64,000 bases of DNA, taken from positions 33,790,001-33,854,000 of the forward strand of contig OZ024753.1 of assembly GCA_964016885.1 (NCBI GenBank), given 5' to 3'. The notes beneath the pieces were generated by a model. That model saw only the letters and a program-made list of their open reading frames with translations. It was not told the origin of the DNA and did no database searches. Below, piece by piece: positions 1-21,031 of the stretch; position 1 is the first letter of the stretch, and each line of letters begins with the position of its first letter. The position numbers were made by a program, and so were the translations under genes. Source of the DNA: Eledone cirrhosa (lineage: Eukaryota).

Positions 1-4381
<4,381 letters not shown>

Positions 4382-4767
4382 CATTCACTCAGAACCAACT
4401 ATAAGCTTGGTTGGTCTCGCTTGGTGATACAGCCAGATCAATTGAAGACGGTTGCTTGACAGGACCCACTGGAATGTCTACTTGAAGACTGCCCCCACGT
4501 TCTTCCCAAGAGGAAGATATATAAAACCAACGACTAAAATTAATACAATCTCATCTAGATTCCAAACCGTGAACATGTTAGCTGAATGAAATCTAGTTAA
4601 AATTGATTATGAATTTGGGGATATTAACCGTTCTAATTTTGGTATAAATACCATTTATATCTATTGGTTAACTAAGACTACAATTTATTTATACTTCAAT
4701 GAATATCACAGCAGCGTTGGGACCTTATATACTGTTAGCAAGGTCCACTCTGCTGCAAACACTCGGG

Positions 4768-4872
4768 TCAGGTCGCTGATTTCAAGAATGTTTTCTTTCC
4801 CGCATTCCTCCCAACCATCTCAAAGAATCTGATCAGGTTCATGAGTACTAACGAAACTTCTCTGACTAAAAG
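4768..4872 (-). CDS. Candidate terminal coding exon of an unidentified host gene (LLVREVSLVLMNLIRFFEMVGRNAGKKTFLKSAT*)
   Basis: T-rich acceptor (tttttttttAG at 4874-4873), 34 open codons to TGA at 4770-4768, AATAAA ~80 nt downstream (4689-4684); phase-compatible with the exon at 8146-8226. Confidence 0.35.
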   Translation of the reverse strand, partial: LLVREVSLVLMNLIRFFEMVGRNAGKKTFLKSAT

Positions 4873-5175
4873 CTAAAAAAAAATATCTCCATAATTAATA
4901 CATGTTAGTGTGAATAGAGAATAATAATAAGCAGACATGGAACATCTGCAATTTCATCAATACAGTTAATCATAATTGAATTTTCATATTAACAATATAT
5001 ACAGCCCGAAAGCATATAATACATATTTTATAGATTATAAACTGAACTAACAATATATTAACCATTAACAATTTTAGAGGTTGCTCACAGTACGCAAAGG
5101 AAAGAAGATTAATTCACATTTTTCTGGTGCATTAGTTATATATATATATATATATATCCGTCTAATGTTAGTGTG

Positions 5176-5213
<38 letters not shown>

Positions 5214-5744
5214 TAATGTTAGTTAGTTTGTTTATATATATATATATCCGTCTATTATCTGTACAATGTAAGTGTGTGTTTATATATTTATACATACATG
5301 AGCATATTAAAATATGGGTAATTATATCTACATATGAATCTGCGTATTTTCTGCTGACAATATATATGTATGTATAAATACGCATATGCTTATACATATA
5401 TGCATATATATATATACATATATATATTTATACATACACTGAATAGTTACATTTCCGTAAAGACGTTTAGTCGGTATCCATCATTCATATAAGATAAAGG
5501 TCCTTTAGGTAAACGCTAAATCTCTGCACAAATAAATCACAAGAACATTGCACTTATGTTATTACATCTGTACATAAACAATAGTCAGACGAGAATAAAC
5601 TGCTGAAAATACAATATGATCGATATCTTTATCAGATGATGCTAACTTTGGAATAGAATAATACAAAAATAATGAAATACATTTATATATTTTCTCGTGT
5701 AATTTCATAGTCTGTCGTATTTGAAGTAACAATGAAATTGAAGT

Positions 5745-5890
5745 GGCGAGGCCGAGTGTTAGGATGCTGGCCTCTCGATAACAAGGCCGTGATTTCTATT
5801 TCTGGATCGGGGTTGTTTTGGGTGTCTGAGTAAGAAATATCATTTCACGTTGCTCTGGTCAACTCAGCTGGAAGAAATGAGCCTCTGCAG
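5745..5890 (+). mobile_element. Degenerate tRNA-derived SINE (family 2, CORE-like)
   Basis: atttcacgttgctctggtcaactcagctgg motif shared with copies at ~7.9, 34.0 and 39.9 kb. Confidence 0.55.
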
Positions 5891-5970
5891 TAGCTGGAGG
5901 CGTTAACCCTCCAACCGAACGGCAGAGAAATATATACCATGAATCTTGAATCACCCCCTTAGATCAAGTG

Positions 5971-6180
5971 CCCTTTAGCATTTAAACCGGCCGTATCCGC
6001 CCAGAATTCATTCACCTCTTTCTGTTCAAACCAGCCACGCATACTCATGTTAAGGTATTGTTCTCAAAATAAATAATATAAAAAATCTCAGATTCGATAT
6101 TATGTGAGATAATTATGTAAGGTAAAGTTTTTACCCTGAAACTATTATAGTAAATATAGAGTAATGTAAATGCTAAAGGG
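5971..6180. mobile_element. piggyBac-like MITE
   Basis: 14-bp TIRs ccctttagcattta / taaatgctaaaggg; TTAA directly at the right end, left TTAA absent. Confidence 0.7.
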
Positions 6181-6898
6181 TTAACTCTTGGTGTAGTATG
6201 GGTGCCATCCTGACAAGCGATTTGTATCTGAGAAAGAGAGGAAGAATCGATCTCACTACTGGACAGATACTTTATCGACCTCGAAGGGATTTGAATGCAG
6301 TGAACCAAAACAAGTACAGAAGCATTTTTAATCCGATGTCACATCTCCCTCAGTTCCTTCCTGCTCTATGAAATCGAGAGTAGCTCCTGTGCCCTATGAA
6401 ATCACGAGTAGCTCCTGGGACTAAAAGCTCGAGCGAAGACAAAAGCAGTGCGAGGGGTGTAAAAGTGGAAGAATGTTTGGTTATTGAAAGATGGTTTAGC
6501 AGAATCGTTAGGGTGGCGGTATTCATTCCACATCTCTATATTCCGTGTTTAAATCGCACCGTGATCAGCTATGTATTTCGTTCATACAGAATCGATAAAA
6601 AAGTACCCGTCAAGTATTCTGGCCTATAATGACCCCCCCCCCCCTCCCAAAAGAAATTGCTGACCTTATGCCAAAATTAAAAACTGCTATTATAGAAATT
6701 ATTTACTACACAATCTGTGTATAGAGAAGGTCAGGTACATAAAGATGTATGTAAAAGGTCATGCATGAAATAAAGACGAGATATTCATTTTCTAGAGGTT
6801 TATAAGAACAATCAGTCAGTGATGGCTAAGCTTGAATGGCAGAAAGTCAAGTGACTTATATTTACTATACCTACATGAAATAAGACGGAATGACATTA

Positions 6899-7540
6899 GG
6901 GCGGTGGATTGGCAGTATCAGTAGAGAGTCGGACGCCATGCTTTCCAGCATAGTTACGTCCCTTTACGGTCTGAGTTCAAATCCCGCCGAGGTTAACTTT
7001 GCCTTTCATCCTTACGGGGTCGATAAAATAAAGTACCAGTAATGTACTGGGTAATTGCTGGCCTTGTGCCTAAAGTAGAAACAATTATTATTATAAGGGT
7101 GGTGGATTGGCAGAATCGGTAGAGCGTTGGACACCATGTGTTGGCGCATAGAGTTACGGCCCTTTACGTCCTCCTGAGTTCAAATCCCGCCGAGGTGAAG
7201 TTTGCCTTCCATCCTTACGAGATAGGATTTGAACTCAGATCGTAAAAGACCGTAACTAATATGCCATAAAGCATGTTGTGCAACGCTCCACCGATACTAA
7301 CCATCCCCAATTCTAGAATATTGGTTTCTTATATAGGCACAAGGCCAGCAATTTTGGGGGGCAGAGGAAAGTCGATTAAATCAACCCCAGTACGTGACTG
7401 GTACTTCATTTTATCGACCCCGTAAGGATGAAAGACAAAGTTAACCTTGGCGGGATTTTAACTCAGATCATAAAGGGTCGTCACCCCAATCTGCGAAGCA
7501 TAGCGTCCGACCCTCTACCGATACTGCCAATCCACCGTCC
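6899..7540. mobile_element. Cluster of family-1 tRNA-derived SINEs (+ 6899-7089, + 7097-7219, - 7225-7287, - 7321-7540)
   Basis: A-box-like TGGCAGTATC(A/G)G, B-box GAGTTCAAATCC, core gcctttcatccttacggggtcgataaaataaagtaccag. Confidence 0.9.
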
Positions 7541-7849
7541 TACCATTCTAGAATATTAATATCAGTTTTGAATGTCAAACAATTAAAACAAGCCAGAATA
7601 ACAATTAAAAGGAACATACGTTAATTGGTAAATTCTTCCAAGTAAACACGTATCCTATTGCAAGAATAGATGCGGGGAGAGTTCCGTTTAAAGTTGAATA
7701 TATATTGTTGCGGAGGACGAAGTATGTATAGACTATTTACATTCCAATGAATAGGAAATATTTTGCTGTTTTTTAAGGAGAACAAAAGATGTGTACTGCA
7801 TGTAACTCGAGATAAGCTGTAACATTGAGGTATTTTGTTATTGTCCAAC

Positions 7850-8015
7850 ACTCTTCGGTTCCTGAACTGGGTTGTGTGTTGTGTTCTTGAGCAAAACACT
7901 TCATTTCACGTTGCTCCTGTATACCCAGCGAAAAATGACTGGTGTCATGTCCAGGGGAAAGTGTTCTACTCTCAGTCGCTTAACGCCACGAAAATGGAGA
8001 TAAGCACCGGTCTAA
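7850..8015 (+). mobile_element. SINE family 2 (CORE-like) fragment
   Basis: ttgtgttcttgagcaaaacacttcatttcacgttgctc...gactggtgtcatgtccagggg; 3' part matches the minus copy at ~58.97-59.09 kb. Confidence 0.65.
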
Positions 8016-8145
8016 TCAATCTTTGGGATCAACACAGACATTAGACTTATTTTTAGTGTTGTTATTGATAAGTGCGTTACATAGCTGTTTTACAGTAACT
8101 ATCGTTAACTGGTGACTGGAATTGTCCTCACGAAATATGACTTAC

Positions 8146-8226
8146 TTCACGGGTAATGCGATTGTCCGTACAGTATTGAGTTGCGGGAAAAGAGACTGTC
8201 CGTAGATAAGAGACATAGAGAAAATC
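8146..8226 (-). CDS. Candidate 81-nt internal exon (DFLYVSYLRTVSFPATQYCTDNRITRE)
   Basis: Strong acceptor ttttttctctccAG and perfect donor GTAAGT; length divisible by 3; open in phase 0. Confidence 0.4.
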
Positions 8227-9093
8227 CTGGAGAGAAAAAATCCGAAGGGGGGGAGAAATTACTCTTTTTATAATGTCGAATAGAACAGTTCATTTTGAAG
8301 CCAATCCATTTTAGAAGCGAAAAAATAAAACTCTCCTCTCGAGAAATAAATATATTCATCGAGGTTCGAATATTGGAAGATGTAGCAGGACAGCTCCAGC
8401 TATCGCACACGTTTCTACATTTAAAACATCACGTGATGTTTAGGAAGACCTGAACAACAAAGTACTGCTGCTGATATAATTTACATACCGGCTGATATCC
8501 AATTTACGCAACATTTCATATTTTATCAGTACGCGTTCAAATCACTGTCGTGTCCAAAATGTAGACTTATATGAAAACAGGGAGAAAAAGACGATTATTA
8601 GGAAGAAAAAAATATATATAAGCAATTCACAACACAGAGGACTATATACTGAATATTTGGGTTTGGATAAATTCTTACTGAAAAAAATTGACTCTTTGCA
8701 TTGTGAGTTCAAATCACGCTATGATCTACTGACCTACTTGGGTATATATTAGCCAGTTGGTGTATATGTGTCTTTGTATGAGGATAAATTGTAACTGCAC
8801 AACTAAAAAACTCAGTCAACACCAAATTCCAATAATGATTGTTGTTGGAAATATTACAATTAAATTAATATCGAAAAACTAGGCGCAGAAATGACTATGT
8901 GGATCAGCATTTCGTTTCGGTATTATGTGCTTTAAGATTCACTATCAATTGCGTGATACTCCGCTTGTTGATCAATGCTTAGTGAGTAAATTTTGGTAGG
9001 GGACATATTTTTGTCTTTGCGTGTGTATGAGTGGGTTTACATCTGTCCCTATGTTTATGTTCCGCGACTTAGCTAGCTATTCGACAGAAAAGA

Positions 9094-9230
9094 CAGACCT
9101 GTCAACTCTCCTCGTTCGGGCGGGTGAGAGATGTCTCCTCTTTTTAAAATAGGTATAGCTTTCATTATGGAAAATCTCCCCATTTTACCTCATTTCTCCC
9201 CGTTTGGGATTTTAGAGGTTGGCAGGTCAG
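9094..9230. mobile_element. MITE with 13-bp TIRs and 6-bp TSD (AAAAGA)
   Basis: cagacctgtcaac ... gttggcaggtcag, flanked by aaaaga on both sides; related inverted copy at 58327-58505. Confidence 0.75.
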
Positions 9231-9929
9231 AAAAGAGAAAATTCGACTAAATCGCTTTAAGGAAGAGCCTGGTATGGCCGCAGTATAATGAAGAAAAAAA
9301 GATGTCAAAGAATAACAGAATAAAATATTCCATTAAATAATTTATTCTTTGTATGCATGTGAATTTACCCACACAAATACTATCTCAGTTCTTTATTTAT
9401 TTAATATATCTTTCCAATGAAGGAGCGGATGCTAATTACGTAACAGTAACGTCACTTGTTACTCATAGAATTTTACGATTTGATTTTGTTGTTCATAATC
9501 TGTTAAAGTGAAATTCACTTTTGGTGCTTTCTTGGATAATTTCTTTCTTTCAGAAAATAATGTGATTATCAAAACTAAAGATGTTTAAACGACTATATAA
9601 ATAAAGCTATTATTCAATCAACCATTAACACCTGTAAAATGTTTCGATTCTACACCTACTAATTCAACATTATATGAGCACTCACTTTCACACTGCGTAC
9701 TTCTCCATGAAAATAACAAAAATTACATCTAACGATGTTTTACTTGGAAATGGCTGACTGGATACACACGTGCTTTTTCTAAAAAGAAATGTTATCCCGT
9801 ACCTTCCTCTTCTTCCTCTCTATCCTTCTATTGCATATTTTATTGCTCATTCCATCTTTTGTTGAAGGTTAAACCAATATATTTCCACTTTGTATTGTGT
9901 TGTCAGCTTTGCTGTTTCCGTTTATTTTT

Positions 9930-11718
<1,789 letters not shown>

Positions 11719-12196
11719 GTATTAAGGGTACTATTTATGGTTATGTATGCAATAAAACCTTTAATGGTAATATATTATATATACACAAACCCTAAATAGT
11801 GAGAGATAGTCATTAATTACTAAATGTATAAATAAGACACGCGTGCATGCTACACGGGAGATTGTTTCATACACTGACTACTCTAAGCTTTCCTCTTGCT
11901 TTATCTTCATAGACTGCCAACGCTTCATGTTTATCTTTATTTTCACTCTTGTTTTCACTCTTGTTTTTATTTTATTTTTATCCTGTAACCTTTATATGTA
12001 AATTGCCATGCTATATCATTTGATGAATGTCCCCCCACTGTTGATCAATATGCGCATATGTTTTATGTGTCTCTTGGGTTGAAAAGTAGGTCAAGTATGT
12101 TATAAATAGTTGCTCCGAAGAATCCAAACCTCGGTCTGGAGGAAACAATTGTAAGCAAATAAATGACTTAAACTGAACTTTGATTACTGTAATCTC
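11719..12196 (+). mobile_element. TA-embedded non-coding element with a hammerhead-like motif (putative Penelope-type pLTR or non-autonomous element)
   Basis: Flanked by TA arrays; its 3' ~58 nt recur at 16566-16623; hammerhead-like motif at 12110-12158. Confidence 0.6.
12110..12158 (+). ncRNA. Variant minimal type-I hammerhead ribozyme (CCGAAGA core)
   Basis: ttgct-CCGAAGA-a-tcca..tgga-g-GAAAC-aatt-GTA-agcaa: 5-bp stem I, 4-bp stem II, palindromic ACAATTGT stem III. Confidence 0.55.
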
Positions 12197-14330
<2,134 letters not shown>

Positions 14331-14523
14331 TTGGTAAACGGAATAGAAAATGCTGACAAATTGTTCACAGTTGAAAAATGGTTTAATTAGGAATAAAACA
14401 GTATTAGTGATTGTATGGGTTACTATTCAGTTGTGGTTGTAAGTTTTTAAAGTTTTTACCGGTTGCGCATTTCTAGAATGCTTTTCAAAAATAATTTTGA
14501 GATAGAGTGTCCGTGCTGTTTGC
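14331..14523. mobile_element. ~190-bp TA-embedded dispersed element; inverted second copy at 63144-63332
   Basis: Near-identical reverse-complement copy 49 kb away; both copies abut TA runs. Confidence 0.8.
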
Positions 14524-16700
<2,177 letters not shown>

Positions 16701-16912
16701 TTGCTACACTTGGGGAGGGCCACACCTGCGCAACATTGCCAGAACCAATAACAGAACACACTCACTGTTTGGTTGGTTTTCGCTTCTCGCTGTCTTTTAT
16801 ATCTGCGATCTAACTTACTCGGTCCTCAATGTTGCTATTGACTGACCGGCGGTCAAAAATAATACAGATACAATATAGACACAAACACATATATATATAG
16901 TTTACATAATTT

Positions 16913-16953
16913 ACATAAATCTTTCGTTGCACATCTGCAACATCGTCAGTGGT
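16913..16953 (-). ncRNA. Minimal hammerhead ribozyme in the 3' pLTR
   Basis: Minus strand ca-CTGACGA-t-GTTGCA-gatg-TGCAAC-GAAA-gatt-TA-tg; stem I weak. Confidence 0.55.
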
Positions 16954-17233
16954 GTTATATTCATTGTTCCTCCTGTTGTGTTGTATGTCTACGCCATTTT
17001 TTTTTGTTCAGTCTGTCTATATATTTATTTATTTATTTGCTTGTTTGTTTATCTTATTTTATTTTGTCTTCTTTGCGCATGCGTTTGCGTGTGTGTATAG
17101 TGTTATGTGTGATGTGTGACTAGTGTGTATAGTGTTGTGTCTGCTGGGTGACTAGTGTGTGTTTATGTGCTTGTTGTTATTGTGCTTGTGTATGTATTTA
17201 TTTATCTTATTTTATTTTATTTTATTTACTTAT

Positions 17234-19888
17234 TTATACTTCTCTTAGGTCAGTGTTGTTTGTTTGGGTGTTGTTGTTGTTCCACTCATTCTTTCTGTTT
17301 AGCTTTGGTCTTCTAATTTCTATTTCACTGGCCTCTCTGATTTGCCTATCTGCTGGGTCATTCCTATGTTTAGATATTATTCTAATTTCTATGTTGTCTA
17401 TGTTACCGTCATGTTGTTGTCTAGCATGTTCGTATAGTACTGACCCGTTTTTTCGTCCTTTTAGTTCCCCCCAGTGTTGGTCTATCCTTTCACCTATGCT
17501 ACGAGCTGTCTCACCTATGTATGTTGTTGTCATGTTTCTGCAAGTACCCTCTGTACATCTTATGCTATAGACTACGTTTCTAGTTTTACAGTTTATCCGG
17601 GGGTTCACCTTACATATGATACATTTCCTATTGGTACAGTGGGTTTTCTTAAAAGGGTAGGTTTGGCTGATCAGGGATTTTATGGTGGTTCCTGGCTTTT
17701 CTACCACCTTTATTTTTAAGTGGGTCTTTCTCAGGGCCTTTCTACACTGGTTAGCTAATTTCCCTCCAGGGGNNNNNNNNNNNNNNNNNNNNNNNNNNNN
17801 NNNNNNNNNNNNNNNNNNNNNNNNNNNNNNNNNNNNNNNNNNNNNNNNNNNNNNNNNNNNNNNNNNNNNNNNNNNNNNNNNNNNNNNNNNNNNNNNNNNN
17901 NNNNNNNNNNNNNNNNNNNNNNNNNNNNNNNNNNNNNNNNNNNNNNNNNNNNNNNNNNNNNNNNNNNNNNNNGACACATTTCTCATCACCCGTACCAAAT
18001 CCGCAATCAGTATGTTGATTTTGATATGGTCCGAAATGGCCGAGTTTCGGTGGATCAGATGTTTGGAAGTCATGGGTTTGGCATAATGGGAATGGAGGAT
18101 TTGTTTTTGGTTGTTAATGGTATCTAACCAGAGCTCTGTGTCTAGTACAGGTAATCGATGGTTGGGGTGTCTACTTGGGTAGTTTATAGTAACTCTAATG
18201 CTCTGGTGGATGGAGTTTGCTATTTGCTGGATGCTTTCCATTGTGTTTTTCTCTAGTTCCTGACTGTTCTCTAGTGGGGGTGTCTTAACTACGATGTTTA
18301 TATCATCTACGTAGCGGGAGTACATTATCAGGGTTAAGCTGTCTTCTAATTGTTCTTTAAGTTTAAGTTTAAGTCTACTGTCCCACCATACCATGAATAA
18401 GTTAGCTATGTCGCCTGCAATGCTAACACCAATGGCTGCTCCTTCCTCTTGGGCATATGTTTTTCCATTAAATTTGAACATATGTTCCTTAAGGGTTAAT
18501 TTTATGCTGGCCCCTACCGCATGTGCAATCATTTTCTTCAGTTCATCGTGGTTTTCGGGTGTCCGTGTGGCTCTGGTCCACCCGTTCCATCTATCTGTGT
18601 GGGTTTTCTTGGCCATTGAGGTAATGGTAGGTGGTCTGCCTCTTGCTGGTCTTGTAGGGCACAGGTTGCTAAGGTCATATGTGTCTAGGTAACTATTACT
18701 ATGGGTAAGCTTAAGTAGAAGTCTCAGCTCACTGGTATCAATCCCACGGAACTCAACCTTGCTCTCGCTGATCATTTCTACGCATTTCTCCACAGCAAAA
18801 TCCACGTCAATAGATGGATACAGGGACACAACATCCATACTGCCTATTATGCAGTTTGTTAGGTCCCCAGATCGGTTACTCACGCCGATTCTGCTGAGGA
18901 GGTCCTCCGTGCTGTCACATACATCTGGGGACATCTCAGTGATGGGGCGTATGATCAGGGAGAGGAAGTAGGACAGTCTGTAGTTACTAGCAATGTTAGC
19001 TCCGCAGACTGGCCATGTTGGTGGTCCTGCGACAGGGTCACAGCCCGTTTTATGGTCTTTTCGAAGCCCATACAACGCCGGCACGTCATTGTTCCAGGCC
19101 TGGAAGTTGTTGGCAGTCCTTTTGTTGGGCTGCATTATATTCGTCCACATCACCATATGGGCATTGAGGGCTTTTTCTCTATCCTCATGCTCCTGTGGTG
19201 TTACCTCTCTTGTGTTAGTGATGTGGGGTTGCATTGCCTGGATGTAGTTTGGCAGGCTGTCAACCGACATTCTGCCAGACTTGTCTGTTGGAAAGCATGC
19301 TATCTCTCCATTACGTGAGCGCTGCATGAGCTTACGCAAGCCATTTGCAGATTTTTCTCCCAGTTGCTGGGCCTCTATTCTATTATGCTTCTTGCTATAC
19401 TGTTCTATAATATTTCTAAGTTCGGATCTAGCTATACTAAATTGTGCTTCTGCTTGTTCATCGACCTGCGACGGCAACTGCGTGCGTTTGTTAAATGGTA
19501 AAGTCGTGGCGTGGACTCGTCGCAGGTCGAATGATTTATCGGAGGGATTATAAAACGGAGAGTTCCAGGCTGCTGCTTTATGTGTACTAGTGCTATTGTT
19601 ATTGTTAGTTGTGTTGTTTCTATTTCTATTTCCACCAACAGCCTCATGGTTGTTTCTATGTCTCTCATAATTACTCCTGTCTCTTTCCACTGGCTCAATG
19701 TTGTTATCTACCCTATTTTGTGTGTCTGTGTGTTCGTCTTGGTTATTCTCTTTGTCCTTAGTCTCCCTTCTCCTTTTAATCCTATTACTTTCCCTTATTT
19801 CTGTGATTTCTGTGCTACTGTCATTACTTGTTTTCTGTGTCTGTGTGTTTGTTAGGATTGTGGTGGTGGTGAGAGGCATTGAATGCAT
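17234..19888 (-). CDS. Penelope-like reverse transcriptase + GIY-YIG endonuclease (interrupted by an assembly gap; probably frameshifted from the upstream ORF)
   Basis: PTDKSG, LYGLRKDHK..PTWPV, SMDVVSLYPSI, QEEGAAIG, RYVDD, LPVLD; then CxxxxCxxC, VVYSIRC..YIGETARSIGERIDQH..HARQQH..RQIREA..LN. Confidence 0.92.
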   Translation of the reverse strand: MHSMPLTTTTILTNTQTQKTSNDSSTEITEIRESNRIKRRRETKDKENNQDEHTDTQNRVDNNIEPVERDRSNYERHRNNHEAVGGNRNRNNTTNNNNSTSTHKAAAWNSPFYNPSDKSFDLRRVHATTLPFNKRTQLPSQVDEQAEAQFSIARSELRNIIEQYSKKHNRIEAQQLGEKSANGLRKLMQRSRNGEIACFPTDKSGRMSVDSLPNYIQAMQPHITNTREVTPQEHEDREKALNAHMVMWTNIMQPNKRTANNFQAWNNDVPALYGLRKDHKTGCDPVAGPPTWPVCGANIASNYRLSYFLSLIIRPITEMSPDVCDSTEDLLSRIGVSNRSGDLTNCIIGSMDVVSLYPSIDVDFAVEKCVEMISESKVEFRGIDTSELRLLLKLTHSNSYLDTYDLSNLCPTRPARGRPPTITSMAKKTHTDRWNGWTRATRTPENHDELKKMIAHAVGASIKLTLKEHMFKFNGKTYAQEEGAAIGVSIAGDIANLFMVWWDSRLKLKLKEQLEDSLTLIMYSRYVDDINIVVKTPPLENSQELEKNTMESIQQIANSIHQSIRVTINYPSRHPNHRLPVLDTELWLDTINNQKQILHSHYAKPMTSKHLIHRNSAISDHIKINILIADLVRVMRNVXXXXXXXXXXXXXXXXXXXXXXXXXXXXXXXXXXXXXXXXXXXXXXXXXXXXXXXXXXXXXXXXXXXXPGGKLANQCRKALRKTHLKIKVVEKPGTTIKSLISQTYPFKKTHCTNRKCIICKVNPRINCKTRNVVYSIRCTEGTCRNMTTTYIGETARSIGERIDQHWGELKGRKNGSVLYEHARQQHDGNIDNIEIRIISKHRNDPADRQIREASEIEIRRPKLNRKNEWNNNNTQTNNTDLREV
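17773..17972. other. Assembly gap (200 N)
   Basis: Run of N; the round length suggests a placeholder size. Confidence 0.99.
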
Positions 19889-20871
19889 GTGTGTTGTTGT
19901 TGTTGTGTGTTGTTGTCTCCGTGTGTGTTATCGTTGTTGTGCGTGTTGTTATTGTTGTTTGTGTCTGCGTGTCTGTTGTTGTTGTTTCTGGGTATGTTGT
20001 TATTGTTGTTGTTGTTGATGTGTGTGTTGTTGTTATTGTTGTTTGTGTCTGTGTGTCTGTTGTTGTTGGGATGTGTGTTGTATATGTGTGTGCGTATATT
20101 GTTGCTTTTGTTTTTGATGCTCCAGCGTAGTTTTGTAAATGATTTTTCTATTTCTGACAGACAACTAATCATATTTACCTTCTTGAATGTCGCAAATTTC
20201 GGCGGCAAACATAATACAGACATTTCATCATTATCTATGTTTGCGTTCCCATATATGTTGGTGTTTTTGTTGTTGAACTCTTCTGATAATGAGGTATCGG
20301 CCATGTTGATACCGTCAATTTTGTCGGGATATCTATTGGTATACTCTATAGTATCCTGATTTAGCTTGGCCTGTTTAAGCCACTTTAGTTTCCTGTTAAA
20401 GTGCTTATCACATTCTTGAGTAATGTACTGTTCTTCAGGGCGTATAAGGCTTATAAATATTAGTTTCTTTCTTGGTGTGGTGATCCTAGCTATTTCTTGT
20501 ATTAGGTTACGCTTTTGTTTTTCTTGATGACTTAATTCTCTATAGATCTTCTTTTTTATGTTTAGAATTAATGTTCGTTTTAGCTTATCTGCTTCTTTTT
20601 TGGTGAGTTGTAATCTTCTAAAGTCGGTATTGATGGTGTTGATGTAGATTCTGGACGAGGCACACTGCTTTATAAAGGATAGTTGTCGAGATGTTATGGT
20701 TTTTCGTAGACAACAGAACATGGTGGTTTTCAGTATCTTGTTAGCCTGGCTAAGGCTTACGATATTTCGTTTCTGAATTTGTTTAGCAAGATTCTTTATC
20801 TGAAATCGTGTGTTGAAACCGATATTGTTATACTTTGGGAGGGTCATGTTGCCAATAAGAAACACACGCAC
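19852..20871 (-). CDS. N-terminal part of the Penelope-like ORF (basic, helical region followed by Asn-rich low complexity)
   Basis: 339-aa ORF with EMSVLCLPPKFA (PLE N-terminal motif), overlapping the RT ORF in another frame; likely start MTLPKY. Confidence 0.8.
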   Translation of the reverse strand: MRVFLIGNMTLPKYNNIGFNTRFQIKNLAKQIQKRNIVSLSQANKILKTTMFCCLRKTITSRQLSFIKQCASSRIYINTINTDFRRLQLTKKEADKLKRTLILNIKKKIYRELSHQEKQKRNLIQEIARITTPRKKLIFISLIRPEEQYITQECDKHFNRKLKWLKQAKLNQDTIEYTNRYPDKIDGINMADTSLSEEFNNKNTNIYGNANIDNDEMSVLCLPPKFATFKKVNMISCLSEIEKSFTKLRWSIKNKSNNIRTHIYNTHPNNNRHTDTNNNNNNTHINNNNNNNIPRNNNNRHADTNNNNNTHNNDNTHGDNNTQQQQHTCIQCLSPPPQS

Positions 20872-20986
20872 CAGTTGCTTTCACTTCAATTTATTATATA
20901 TTTATAAATTTATAAATCTACAAATCTACAAACTTATAAATTTCTGGTTGGTTGGTGGTTCCACAACCAAATAGTTGTTTATATAT

Positions 20987-21031
20987 AGTCATAGTCGTTT
21001 CGTCACACACTCTGTGACCTCTTCAGTGACT
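20987..21031 (-). ncRNA. Minimal hammerhead ribozyme in the 5' pLTR
   Basis: Minus strand agtca-CTGAAGA-g-GTCACA-gagtg-TGTGAC-GAAA-cgac-TA-tgact; 5-bp stem I, 6-bp stem II. Confidence 0.7.

Noticed and set aside
4382-4590. Possible LINE 5' fragment next to the first array
   Set aside because: No diagnostic motif and no second copy in the window.
17148-20359. Plus-strand ORFs over the Penelope element
   Set aside because: Antisense shadows of the RT ORF and its low-complexity insert.
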